Below are positions 37,701 through 47,800 of a stretch of DNA of 64,000 nt, in pieces. The notes under the pieces were generated by a model, which had not been told where the DNA came from, ran no database searches, and saw nothing but the letters and a program-made list of their open reading frames with translations. Position 1 is the stretch's first letter; each line of letters opens with the position of its first letter. The position numbers and the translations under genes were made by a program. The DNA is taken from positions 1-64,000 of IMG/VR virus record IMGVR_UViG_3300022744_000022; one strand, 5' to 3'.

Positions 37701-39786
37701 ATTCGCCCCCTACCTGTGGAATCAATCGGGTGGCGAAACCTCAACGATGGTTGGGCAGTACCTGCGGATCGATGATACCTCAGCCCTAGATGGCCTCGTG
37801 TATTACCTGGACGACCTGGAGTTGGTCTCGTCCCCGAACCGTGTCGTGGGATCGCTCACGGACTACGCCATAGAGTTCCGTACGCAGGTCCAGAGCTACA
37901 CGCCGGACATGGTTGGCTACTGCGGCGTCATGACCTCGGTCTATGACAGCTCACGATCCGTAGGGATCATGCTGGAGGACGTGGCAGGCACCCGGTACGT
38001 CACGCTTCACTCGGATGGCACCCCGGTTGTGGGCGGCCAGTTTGCCTTCGACTGGTTCGACGGCAAGTTCCACACGTACCGTGCAGTCAAGGCTACGGTT
38101 GGAAACCTCGTAAGTCTATTCATTGATGGGGCCTTTGTGGGGTCCACGTCCTACGGCAACTTTACGGTCCCCACCCCTTCTCTGACGGGTCTTGTGTCGT
38201 TCGGCTCAGCTACCCCGCTCAGCGTTCAAGCTCGGTCTTCTGCGTTGTGGGCTTACGCTAACTTCTGGCGCATCAACCCAGACTACGCCACGGACCCTGT
38301 GACAGGCTACAGGCGGTACTGCGGCCTTTGGAAGGGCTATGATTCGGATTCGTTGACGGGCTACCACTTGCCGCTTCGTACGGCGGGCCGAATGGCTCAA
38401 GTCGCTGGCAACGTTCTTACGGATCTCAACGCGGACTTTGTGACCAGCGGCGTTGTGGTTGGAGATCGCGTTGTGATCGACAATGGCCCCAACAAGGGCG
38501 TCTACGATGTGGCCTCGGTGGCCCCGACCATCTTGACTGTTTTGGGTGCCTTCCCAGTGCAGCCCGCAGGCGTGGACTACCGGGTAGTGTTAGAGACCGA
38601 TTGGTCTGTGCCGCACCAGTACCGCATCGTGAAGGACCCTGGAGGCGGCGTCTCGGTCTTCCTGGACACGAACACTGCACCGCTCATTCATGCGGACTAC
38701 AGTGCCGTGGACCTGCCCCCGAGCACCGCAGGCGTTGCCTGGACGGTATCGGGTGCGCTGCCTTCGATCTTGTGGGGCGCTTTCGATCCCACCAACATCT
38801 CTCAGACTTCGTGGGATTACGTGCGGCTTGGGGCAGTCCGGTCGGTTTCCGAACTCGGGATCGTCCCGCATCACCAGGTCTTGAACCAGCGCAACGTGAT
38901 GGCTTCGTTCGAGCACCACAGGACGAGCATCCCGCACGCCCACACGGATTTCTGGTCGGAGTCTGAGGGGATCCCGCCGCAGACGGAGCCTGATCTGCTT
39001 CGAGACCCCAATCTCGTGGCGTACACGCTGCTCAACGACTCGACCCCGTTGGTCCCCTCAACGCAGACCTACGAGGTTCGCAGCCCGACTCCTGTGTTGG
39101 TTTCGACCGTAGGGCTCAATCGGCCTGAGGACGTGTTGGGTAGCCAAGCCTTCTTGCTGAACAACGCATCGCAGACGATCCAAATTTTGGTTCCCGACGA
39201 CGTGCTCTACAACTCGCTGCAAGTCATCGAGAGTGCTATCGGGGACCCCGACCTGATCTTCCCGTTCGATGACGAGTGCCAGCCCAGCTTCGGCCCACTG
39301 TTCTTCCAGAAGGAAGTGTGTCTCACCTACGATGGCTCGGTGCTGCCCGAGAATGACCTGACAGCCATCACACCGTGGACCCGAGTCAGTGACGACGACT
39401 CGCACCAGTTCGCCTCTGCCTTCTCGGGCGTCTTGACCTACGGCACCGATGCCACCGGCACCCGGACCACGTACCGGAACAACTCCCCGTTGCCCGACTC
39501 CATCGGGCTCGAAACTGAGGTCAAATTCCGCCTCAAGCTGCTCCTGGACTCAACGGGCGGTCTCGGGGACTCCCAAGTCCGCGTCGGCTTCTCCAGCCCA
39601 GGTGTAACGGTGGGCTTGGCTTTCGTCACGACACCGCTGGGTGAACGTTATGTCCTGGCTGTGGACCTCAACAACGGGCAGACGTTGGGCGGTATCCCCT
39701 TCGATTTCTACGATGGCGCATATCACGACTACCGCTTGGTGCGTACCCCTGGGTTGGACAACATCCGAATCTTCATTGATGGCTGA
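34705..39786 (+). CDS. large tail fibre/adhesin-like protein (1693 aa): Ig-like domains plus about 4 ConA/LamG-like lectin domains
   Basis: N-terminal SbsA/Big-like PQVVGA...IVITFSDTM...NEYEV. Repeated (F)DW...H.YR......FIDG and Y.G...PE.....W motifs. Confidence 0.75.
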   Translation: MLVNSNGTTLEVLFGSPLGFQGSTVPSNYRVFAGPGAVPVGVQAVTPLYTEYQSGVGFVGHADDGALRGSATFRAEADYLTPGPQARVAMRGSATLVASPAYVQTVLTRRFTPTGVYAPIGVGDYISLQSAANSVSFARVLDVHPDGTLILDRDLFAVDPDNGAIAWTHTSALEGVSLEINKPTNDGEYTLEVHGLQDTSGAPYRDTQDFTAVSAKPQVVGAVQLPEGQIVITFSDTMRVDFALLSPNEYEVTGPSLVLVKTVQTVAPHQVMLTTVGMATGAYQVTVNAAGTPHDIAGNPMDPVFNQAVFTGSPALASRSVYVNKGPITKPTLVLQTGATATINSPTQLTLPTANITAAHVGLYIALTGSTINAGTFKITQRVSATVVKVAASFSLPDPVNGTIGWQLQDPRNGEIADNPTDVVVRVNSLPVVPEAVIGLLGQIVLPTVPSPTDTVDVDYCWVCNPVVDFRRLNSQEFRLNNWNRDNGRPADSSRHKYRYNNTLIQPDTFLSLSPEELTGTATFPTSTTLNDVGGQFLTTIQTASFVTITSGPNSGVRRQIVTVFSNTLLILDAPLLSLIGGTYRIDPVDLRAEVAQPQQRDLKYRAYERAYSVALNDPNLLLLNSPNHKIAFPPMARQLQSTFVNYQATVLPEADPVAPWERHGSGTAVIAGTDLVVIDASSGPSPTGNPIFWSRPIDLTFDHVFAIAWRMMIDAVPLAQGVWTGIAAGYSDDEKAVVIGFLEDAGVKKIGVLKAGAGNDPSDITAWTGGLDGSGNPTGVPMDLDWSILHSYRVFRSRTGIITFYVDGSITPSLQVVPDDLPYLEELNAPFNELQGAFFGSLSREAENTSTWSFVRYTAIPINPKQTAPSIYVSYEGTTPPESASQPWTPVGFHGTETIIASDFLLLDSTSATDLPSSSAAGLISGDFKGFARIEPLLAESYDTVLDVNVALRTFTHGITPNAVMAAVDDGSRLIQLSLFPDKASPKFSYGGRSLPNQFAPYLWNQSGGETSTMVGQYLRIDDTSALDGLVYYLDDLELVSSPNRVVGSLTDYAIEFRTQVQSYTPDMVGYCGVMTSVYDSSRSVGIMLEDVAGTRYVTLHSDGTPVVGGQFAFDWFDGKFHTYRAVKATVGNLVSLFIDGAFVGSTSYGNFTVPTPSLTGLVSFGSATPLSVQARSSALWAYANFWRINPDYATDPVTGYRRYCGLWKGYDSDSLTGYHLPLRTAGRMAQVAGNVLTDLNADFVTSGVVVGDRVVIDNGPNKGVYDVASVAPTILTVLGAFPVQPAGVDYRVVLETDWSVPHQYRIVKDPGGGVSVFLDTNTAPLIHADYSAVDLPPSTAGVAWTVSGALPSILWGAFDPTNISQTSWDYVRLGAVRSVSELGIVPHHQVLNQRNVMASFEHHRTSIPHAHTDFWSESEGIPPQTEPDLLRDPNLVAYTLLNDSTPLVPSTQTYEVRSPTPVLVSTVGLNRPEDVLGSQAFLLNNASQTIQILVPDDVLYNSLQVIESAIGDPDLIFPFDDECQPSFGPLFFQKEVCLTYDGSVLPENDLTAITPWTRVSDDDSHQFASAFSGVLTYGTDATGTRTTYRNNSPLPDSIGLETEVKFRLKLLLDSTGGLGDSQVRVGFSSPGVTVGLAFVTTPLGERYVLAVDLNNGQTLGGIPFDFYDGAYHDYRLVRTPGLDNIRIFIDG

Positions 39787-39794
39787 GGTAAGCT

Positions 39795-40298
39795 GTGAGC
39801 ACCTATACGTACAAACGGGCCGGACGTTACCTGGAGCTTGACAAGCTTGAAGATGCGTTGAGCGCCCTGGAGATGTTGCAGCGTCAGGCGCAGTACGCCA
39901 AGGCCCCCTCGGAAGCTAGGGATCTGGCTCAGGCCATCGCGCTAGTGAAGAAGACGCAGCCCTTCTTCGAGCAGCAGTCCAAAGGTTTGGAAGGGGCTGC
40001 TCAAGAGCTGGTTATCAAGCTCTCCGAAGCGTTGGAGCGCACAGGTCGAAAGCTGAATCATTCCTGGGTTGAGTACCCGAAGATCACAATCTCGTATGCG
40101 GTCTCGGATATGCCCCGAAACCCGCCGGATGATGATGGACCAGGTGACGCGGCTTTCTGGAATCAAGTCCTGCAAGAACAGAAGGAAGCACTTGCTGTGG
40201 TCAAGAAGGTGACGGACCACGCACGCAATGTCGTGGACGTGGATGTCCGGCGTGCGGACAAAAACATCTTCCACGTTGAAGTTAAGATGGCTGGCTAA
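39795..40298 (+). CDS. hypothetical protein (167 aa, GTG start)
   Basis: GAGG SD. N-terminus MSTYTYKRA resembles the protease N-terminus. Confidence 0.75.
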   Translation: MSTYTYKRAGRYLELDKLEDALSALEMLQRQAQYAKAPSEARDLAQAIALVKKTQPFFEQQSKGLEGAAQELVIKLSEALERTGRKLNHSWVEYPKITISYAVSDMPRNPPDDDGPGDAAFWNQVLQEQKEALAVVKKVTDHARNVVDVDVRRADKNIFHVEVKMAG

Positions 40299-41527
40299 TG
40301 GTTGACTTGATCGGACCTTACGGTAGTGGCGAGTACGGGGCAGGACCGTATGGTTCTGCGTACCCTCCGTACGGTATCGAGTCGGCGACTGCGCTCTCTC
40401 CAACCCTGGTTCGAGTCAGGTACACAGCGCTCTTTGACGCGGCTTTCCTGCCGCTAGTGTCCCCTGCCAACTACTCGATCTTTCCGGCGCTGACCATCCA
40501 CTCGGTCATCATTGAGAGTGCGCAGACCGTTCTGTTGATCACGGATCCGCAGGACGAGATCGTCTATACGGTTACGATCTCAGAAGCCAAGGGGTACTTC
40601 GGTCAACCCCTGGATCCGAACCTAGACGAAGCGAACTTTCTAGGTGTCCCGGAATCGCCTACATTTTTCGCAGTTGCGACTCGTAAGAACCGCGTCCGTG
40701 CTGTGTTCACGGAAGCGATGCTCCAGAATTCGTTCCTGACTGATCCGTCGCAGTACGTCCTCACAGATCTAGACAACAACCCTATCCCGATTTTGACTGT
40801 AGAGGCGGAGCAGGCCTCGAACGTCCGTTCTACGGTCTTGACGCTCGGAACGGATCTTACGGATGAGCGGCATTACCGTCTCACCACCTTAGGCGGGATC
40901 GTCACAGCTACGCTCAAGATCCTGGTGCCCGATACTTCGGTGTTCCAGTTCGTAGCGAACCCGCAAACTACGGCCATCCCGGTAGGCCAGTTCTCGGGTG
41001 AGGTGCAGAACGGGCTTTACGGGATCCACGGCGGGCTCGTGTTCTTCTCGCCCGCATTGGTCAACTCGGCAGCCAACTCCATCATTCAGGTGGAAGAAGT
41101 CGATGTCTGCACCCGGGCCTACGATGAGTATCACCCGCCGCAGCCCTTGGATCCGCCGGTGCTCTACACGTTCGGGGGCGGCCTTGTTCCGGTACCGGCC
41201 ACGACTCTCAACGCCCCAGCGGTTCTTTGGGCGGCCTTTCCACGGCTTGTGGACGCCACCTTCGAGCTGCGGGACGTGCAGGAAGACACGCTGCCCACCC
41301 CGTTGGACGGGTCCTGCGAACTGACGCTACAGGAGCCTTGGGACCCCACCTATGTGGCGTTGCTCAACAACACGAACTGGAAGCTGTTCGACAACCTGGG
41401 CAACCCTCCTGCGTACTTCATCACGGCGGCAAACCTGGCCCCGATCCCGCCAGGCGGCACGACCTACCACATTCTCAAGATGACATTCCCGGGAGAAGCC
41501 AGCGTTAGCGCCACCGCTACCCCGTGA
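40298..41527 (+). CDS. virion protein with tandem Ig-like (SbsA/Big-type) domains
   Basis: Two repeats (VRVRYTALFD...PANYSI; VRAVFTEAML...PSQYVL) similar to the N-terminus of 34705..39786. Confidence 0.7.
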   Translation: MVDLIGPYGSGEYGAGPYGSAYPPYGIESATALSPTLVRVRYTALFDAAFLPLVSPANYSIFPALTIHSVIIESAQTVLLITDPQDEIVYTVTISEAKGYFGQPLDPNLDEANFLGVPESPTFFAVATRKNRVRAVFTEAMLQNSFLTDPSQYVLTDLDNNPIPILTVEAEQASNVRSTVLTLGTDLTDERHYRLTTLGGIVTATLKILVPDTSVFQFVANPQTTAIPVGQFSGEVQNGLYGIHGGLVFFSPALVNSAANSIIQVEEVDVCTRAYDEYHPPQPLDPPVLYTFGGGLVPVPATTLNAPAVLWAAFPRLVDATFELRDVQEDTLPTPLDGSCELTLQEPWDPTYVALLNNTNWKLFDNLGNPPAYFITAANLAPIPPGGTTYHILKMTFPGEASVSATATP

Positions 41528-41538
41528 TCGCTGTGGTT

Positions 41539-41548
41539 TTCTCTTATG
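41539..41548 (+). promoter_or_regulatory. candidate late-promoter motif TTCTCTTATG followed by hairpin 41560-41584
   Basis: Intergenic consensus copy. TTGGCAAGGG...CCCTT-C-GCCAA stem ends in the AAGGAG SD. Confidence 0.4.
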
Positions 41549-41588
41549 GGCTGACTAGTTTGGCAAGGGGCTGCCCTTCGCCAAGGAG

Positions 41589-42239
41589 ATGAAGATGAAA
41601 GGGATCGAATCATTCGGGAAGGCTGGCGAGAAAGCCCCCGCGTTTGCTGTACGTAGCGTGAATCAAGAAGACTTCGGCTACTACATTCGCGGCGACGTTT
41701 TCTTTACCCTTCGCGATGGCCAGACCGGCGAGATCCAAGAGGAGCGTGAGCTTCGGAATCTTGTGGTCATGGATGCCTCGATCCTGATCGCCCGGCTCAT
41801 GAAGGACCCGGCGGAACCCCCGCACGGCATCTATGCTCTTGCGGTTGGTACGGGTGACGTGGGTTGGAACCCGATGGCCCCTCCGGCCCCGACGGTGACA
41901 CAGCGGTCGCTCTACTCGGAGTTGGCTCGCAAGACGTTTGCGAATACGCAGTTCATTGATGGGGCTGGCGTCCCCACCGCGATTCCCACGAAGGTCGTGG
42001 ACTTTACCACCACGTTCGCTGAGTCCGAGGCGGTTGGACCGCTCGTGGAGATGGGGCTGCTTGGCGGCAACATCAGCACGAACATGAGCGTGAAGAACCC
42101 GGTGCTTCCTCCGAACGGGCCGTACAACCCAGCGGTGGACCTGACGCTCTACGATACCGAGGTTAACTACCTCACGTTCCCGGTGATCAACAAACCCCCT
42201 ACATCCACCCTCACGATCGTGTGGCGTCTCACGTTCTGA
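41589..42239 (+). CDS. tail-collar / fibre-attachment-like baseplate protein
   Basis: NLVV...ALAVGTGD...LYSELARK...FTTTFAESEAVGPLVEMGLLGG resembles phage tail-collar fibre N-terminal domains. AAGGAG SD. Confidence 0.6.
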   Translation: MKMKGIESFGKAGEKAPAFAVRSVNQEDFGYYIRGDVFFTLRDGQTGEIQEERELRNLVVMDASILIARLMKDPAEPPHGIYALAVGTGDVGWNPMAPPAPTVTQRSLYSELARKTFANTQFIDGAGVPTAIPTKVVDFTTTFAESEAVGPLVEMGLLGGNISTNMSVKNPVLPPNGPYNPAVDLTLYDTEVNYLTFPVINKPPTSTLTIVWRLTF

Positions 42240-42260
42240 AAATTAGGGTGAGGGCTAGGC

Positions 42261-44831
42261 ATGACTAAGAACTTCGGTCCCGCAGTTAGTGGTTACGATG
42301 TCCCGGAAGGTCGGGCTTGGGAGACGGTTGTCTTCGAGTCTGGGAAGCCGGTTCTCGACCGCGAGCTGAATCTCAGCCAGGACGTGGACGGGGGTTCGGC
42401 ACAGGCCGTCTTGCGGCGTTCCACGCCTTCGGGCTGGATCTCCGACGATTTCGTGGGGACCTCTAGTGCGGTGGGGGCTATCTTCTCGCCTTCGGCTGTA
42501 GCGGACACGCTTGAGATCCCCAATGCGTTGGTGGCTCACGTCAACGGTTGGCTACTCAAGATCCAACACACGAACATCACGGGCTCCAATCAAGTCACGT
42601 TGGGTCCAGGTCCTGTGGGGCTCGGGGCACAGCGTACCGACATGGTTGTGCTTGAGGTCTGGCGTCGCCTGATCTCTGCTGCCCCGAGCACCGTGGGCAA
42701 GTCGGCTACGGCGCGTATCTGGCAGCAAGGTAACGTAGCGACCGACCCCGCCAATGACTTGGTGCTGAACTACCCGGATGACCTTCTGGACACGAACGTT
42801 GGCGCAGAGACGACCAAGCGAGTTCAGATCCAATACCGGCTTCGGTGCATTCAGAACGTCAACGTCATCGCGTTTCCCTATGGGCTCAACGACCCGGCAG
42901 TTGTGGCGAACTCCGTGCCTCCGAGTGCAGCTTTTCCGGACGGCACTGCCACGGTTTTCCCCTACGTGAACCAGTCGGCCTCGGGGGATCCGGGCCTCTG
43001 GATCGCCGGTGACGGTAACCCGGCCAACACGCTCGGAACCGTCGATGGGTACATGTACTGCATCCCGCTCTTGGCTGTGTTTCGTCGCAACCAAACGGGC
43101 TTTGACCGTCGGCTCAATCAGAACGGTGGCGTAGCTTCGCCCGGCCCCTCGGACCGCCCGGATGGCCTCTTTCAAGACATCATCGTGGCTGAGGACATCT
43201 TGGATCTTCGGTCGGGTGTATCGCCCTCGGGTTGGTCCCTTCCGGAGCTGCTTGAGAAGAACGTCAATTTCCTGCTCGACAACACGTTGCGCACGGAGAT
43301 CACCGATACCTCACCGGACGGCGGCGGCTGCCGTGGCACCACTGTGTTCGTTGCGAACGAAGTTGGTGTGCTCCCAGGTAACGGCGTCACCACGGGTGAC
43401 ACAGGGGCGGGTCCGTTTTTTGGGCAGTTTGACTCGGTTCGTCGGCGCTTTTCGGATCGTTCGATCTTCGAGACCGTGACGGTGGTGGTTCCGGCTCCTG
43501 GTGGTGGTTGGCTGCCTGGTTCGGTGGTCACCATAGATCCCACGGCACTCGCGCCCTACCCTTACCCAGCGTTCAACTGGTCAGCCTATGCACCAGCCGA
43601 TGTTCGCTTTCTCGATGTGCTGCGCGCTCAGTACGTGGGGGCTGCACCCCCTCTCAAGACTCACGATGCCTTGAATGACATCGATTCGATCGAGAACTTG
43701 GGGGCGGGACCTATCCTGCCTCTGGTCATCACCATGGACACCCCGTCGGGCGGCGTCACAACAGAGCCCCTGCATGTGACCCTAGTGATCGGGTACCCGA
43801 CTGGCGTTGGGTTGGCCACGACTCCAGTGGCGGACTACGGAGCCAATAGCTTCGCGTTCACGACTGCTCCGCCGTCCGCGTTGCTGCCCACCTCTTTCAG
43901 TGCCGTGGCGAACCAGGCTTTTGATTACGCACACCGTGAAGTCCAGCTTGAGTACACGACGGTTTCGATTTCGTTTGCGGGTTCTGCGGACACAAGCGGG
44001 CCCACCACAACGCTCTACTTGCCCGAGCGGGCACAGACCGTAACTTCGATCCTGATCAACGCGGTCCCGGTATTCGGTTCCACATTGGATGTGACAGGTC
44101 GGATCATCACGTTGGCGGCCCCCACGGCACCTGGCGATGACTTTGCGGTCACCTACACGGCTGTGCGTCCGATGCCCCAGGCCAACGTGCAGATGAATGT
44201 GTACTACCGGACCGCTGCCCCGCAGACAGCCCGCAACGCCCTTCTGACCGGCAGTCTGACGGTCGTGCCCAAGGTCACGAGCCCCTTGATGTACGCGCTC
44301 ACGACGGGCTCTGGGTCGCAAGACGAGGGGTATCCGCTGCCCTACGCTTACGTGCAATCCGGCGGCATTTTCCCGAGCAACCTGGCGACGTACTCGGGAG
44401 AATCGGAGCTGTCGGGTCGTGCGGAGATCTCGGTCGCGGATTTCAACGCGGATACCGGCTTGTTGAAGCTCCCGGTCTATGTGCCGATGGTTGCCAACCC
44501 TGAGTCCTTGGTGTTCACCCGGGGTTTGGGTGACGTGGACGTTGAGGGTCGAACGTACTTCAAGACGGTTCCACCCGGGTACGTGCCCAACGCCTACTCG
44601 CAGGACTTGAGCAATTCGGATCGTCACAAGGACATCTACCCGCTTTTAGCGGAGTTGGCGGCGGACGGTCCCCTGGGTTTCAAGGGGCAGCTCGTTCTCA
44701 TCCTACTCATTCGATATGCCGCCTTTGATGAAACCAACGGCGTCTATTTCGATGCTGACTTGAACGCCAACACGACGACTGCAAGCGTCTTCCGCATCAA
44801 GGGCAACTTGCTCAGCAAGAGAGCTTCGTAA
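42261..44831 (+). CDS. tail fibre anchor protein A (856 aa)
   Basis: VVFESGKPVLDRELNLSQD N-terminus typical of baseplate-proximal fibre proteins. Paralogous to 54590..58936. Confidence 0.7.
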   Translation: MTKNFGPAVSGYDVPEGRAWETVVFESGKPVLDRELNLSQDVDGGSAQAVLRRSTPSGWISDDFVGTSSAVGAIFSPSAVADTLEIPNALVAHVNGWLLKIQHTNITGSNQVTLGPGPVGLGAQRTDMVVLEVWRRLISAAPSTVGKSATARIWQQGNVATDPANDLVLNYPDDLLDTNVGAETTKRVQIQYRLRCIQNVNVIAFPYGLNDPAVVANSVPPSAAFPDGTATVFPYVNQSASGDPGLWIAGDGNPANTLGTVDGYMYCIPLLAVFRRNQTGFDRRLNQNGGVASPGPSDRPDGLFQDIIVAEDILDLRSGVSPSGWSLPELLEKNVNFLLDNTLRTEITDTSPDGGGCRGTTVFVANEVGVLPGNGVTTGDTGAGPFFGQFDSVRRRFSDRSIFETVTVVVPAPGGGWLPGSVVTIDPTALAPYPYPAFNWSAYAPADVRFLDVLRAQYVGAAPPLKTHDALNDIDSIENLGAGPILPLVITMDTPSGGVTTEPLHVTLVIGYPTGVGLATTPVADYGANSFAFTTAPPSALLPTSFSAVANQAFDYAHREVQLEYTTVSISFAGSADTSGPTTTLYLPERAQTVTSILINAVPVFGSTLDVTGRIITLAAPTAPGDDFAVTYTAVRPMPQANVQMNVYYRTAAPQTARNALLTGSLTVVPKVTSPLMYALTTGSGSQDEGYPLPYAYVQSGGIFPSNLATYSGESELSGRAEISVADFNADTGLLKLPVYVPMVANPESLVFTRGLGDVDVEGRTYFKTVPPGYVPNAYSQDLSNSDRHKDIYPLLAELAADGPLGFKGQLVLILLIRYAAFDETNGVYFDADLNANTTTASVFRIKGNLLSKRAS

Positions 44832-47800
44832 TGCCATCTACAAGAGACCCCGTAGCAGTTGTTCAGCCCGGTCCTGGTCGTCTACCGGCCAATACGGTTC
44901 CGGCCAACGCTTTGATCTTCCCGCCCGGCGGGGGGTCGAGTGCTGCCTTGACGGCGCACATCACGGACCCCGTGGGTGCTCATGCTGCTACCGCGATCTC
45001 GACCACGGCGGGTCCTGCGTGGCTCGATGGTAACCCGAACGCTGCGATCACGGCACAAGCTCGTATCGATGAGATCATCGCTGATCTCATCGCAAATCAG
45101 GGCTCAAACCGTACGGGCCAACCGGGCTTTGCCGGTAACACCTGGAACGTTGCAGCCGGGGCTCTCTCGACAGCGCTCACGGAACTCTTTGAGAGTGCCA
45201 ATGCTCGTCCTGCTTGGGTTCTTGATGCGAACCCGGCAGCAAAGGGTGACTTCGTTGGGCCCAACGCTTTGATCAGTGCGGTGGCTGCTGGCTTCTATCT
45301 GACGGAGCGCCCCACGTTGTTCTTGCGCCCAGGTACCTACAACTGGACCGATCCATCCGCCACTGCGCTTGATGCTGTTACGATCATTGGCGGGAACAAC
45401 GTCACCATTCAGAATCTCGCAGGCAACATGCGCTGTGGTATTCTGACCCGAATCTCTAATGTTCAGATCCAGTTGTCGGGTAACCTCGTGTTCGGCGGGG
45501 CGGGCTTCTGTGAACTACGGAACGTCAATCTACTCGTAGGGGGTGAGGTTCAGGTCAACCCCTCTAGTGTCTTGAACTCTTTTGAGCACGTGTACGGGAA
45601 CTCGCCGCAGTTCTTCAAAGTCGAAGCTCCGCGAACCATGATTCGCGACTACTCGAACTGTCAGGTTCGGCTCCTTCCAACGGCTACGGATTGCGTGGTG
45701 GGCACGGGTTCTGTAGTGGCCGCAGGCCTCAAGTACAACAACCTCCCGGCTCTTTCAGTTGAAAGCGCGCGTAACAGCATCCAAAGCGTGGCGCTATCCG
45801 GCAACCTTATTGCGGGTATGCTCGCAAACTGGGTTGAGATTTCTGGAGACAGCAACACTGTCTCGCAGCTCTCCTTGTTGAATGTGCCTGCGGCGGCGGG
45901 TGGTAATAACGCGATTTGGGTGTCGGGCCACAATAACACCCTAGACGCGGTATCGCTCTCAACGATGAGCGGCTACATCTTCCCGTTGTTCCAGGTGGGT
46001 GGTGGTGTCTCAACGGCAAGCGGTAACGTTGTAACGAACCTGAAACTAGACGCGGTTTCAGGGGCACTCGACGATATCATTCGCTTGGACGGTACTAGTA
46101 ATTCGATTGACGGAATTGAGATCGCCACTGTCACAACCCCAGCGGCGAACCAGCATGCGCTGTTGGTTGTGGGTACCTCGAATAAGGCGACCCAGGTTCG
46201 CTGCACCGCCTTCACAAGCTTCAATGGCGCTCTGGTCAAGATGTCCGGAGTCAACGGTGTGGTGGAAGGCGTCACTGCCTCGTCGATGACGACCCCCGCT
46301 GCGAACTTCTCGGCGGTGGATATCTCTGGGGAAGGCTGCACCGTACGTGACGTGCGGGTGCAGGGGCTCACGTCTCTGCCGTCAACCTCAACGCTATTCA
46401 ACGTGGGCAGTCTTTGTGAAGACTGCCGCCTTGAGAACGTACTGATCTCGTCTTCGATCACCCCCTCTGGCAAGTACCTGGTGCTGGCCGGGGAAGCGAA
46501 CGTCGTAAAAGACTTCAAGGTGTCTTCGCTCGACATCATGCAGGTTGGTTTTGAGTTGATCGCTATGTACGGCGTCAACTGCCAGCTCAGCGGCGTGCAG
46601 ATCGATTCATTCTCGAACAACGCCGGGGCCACCGCTGCGTTCATGACCCTCAACGGTCAGAACATGATGGTCGAAGGTGTGTTCTTCTCAGGCCTGGGGA
46701 CTGCTGCAAGTCTCACTCTGCCTTTGGTGCGTTTGACCGCAAACTCCTCGGGGACTTTGCGTAACGTGCGAGCGGATGGTGGCACGTCTGTGCTGAGGAC
46801 TGCGGAGTTCTTGACCATCGCTCCTGCGGTAACGGTTGGACAATGGTCAATCGAAGACTGCTACGCAGACATGACCGACAATTCTTCCAACGCCATCACG
46901 ATGGTGGGGGCGTCGGCATTTTTCATGGCCATCAAGGACTCTACTTTTAGAGCCCGTGGTGATGGGGCGGTAGGGTCTAGCGCCACGGTCTTCATGCAAG
47001 ACATGGGGTTCGTGGAGTTCCGAAACGTCTATATTGAAGCTACTGAGGGGCATGCCACAGCTTTCCCCAACTGTGCAGTCACCCTGGATAAGGTCGCGAT
47101 CAGTGGCGGTAACGGTGCCCCCAATGCAGGTCGGCAGTTGTTCCACGGGTCTGGTTACGCTGTGACTAACATGGCCGGTACGACAACCAGCCTACCGTTA
47201 GTGTTGCGGGACGTGGTTTTTTCTGTGGGTACGTCAAATGTTAACACTCTGAGTTTGGGTGATCCCACCCTCTTTTTTGGCGGGCAGGGTTCAGCAGCGC
47301 TGTCCAACCACGGGCCTATTGAGGCGACCGGGTTGCAGGTCATGTCAGGGGGTCTCTCGAACTGGAATCGTAGCTCTATCGTTGCTGTTGATCTGGCTTC
47401 TGTTGCTGCGGGTACGGCACCGAGCGCGTTCCAGAACGTGACGATCAATCTGGGCAATCTCAGTTGGGTGGCCTCTGGCACCCACACAGGGGCGTCCACG
47501 GGCAACATCACTGCCTACGCTTTTCCGAACCAGACGATTACTGGGTTGACGGGGATGACCGCTTCCATGGTGGGGCGCTATTTGACCGTCAGCGGGGCGG
47601 CTACGGCGGGTAACAACGGTCAGTTCCTGATCAATAGCTTCACCAATGCTACGACTGTTGTGGTGACGAACAACTCAGGTTCGGGCTCGGACGCCAATGA
47701 CGGCGCTCTTGCGTGGTCTGTAGCTGGATCTCCTTTCCCAGACTCCGCCCCAGCCTTCTTGGGTTCGGCTGCCGCAGTCTTGGATGTTGAAGGTCCTAAC

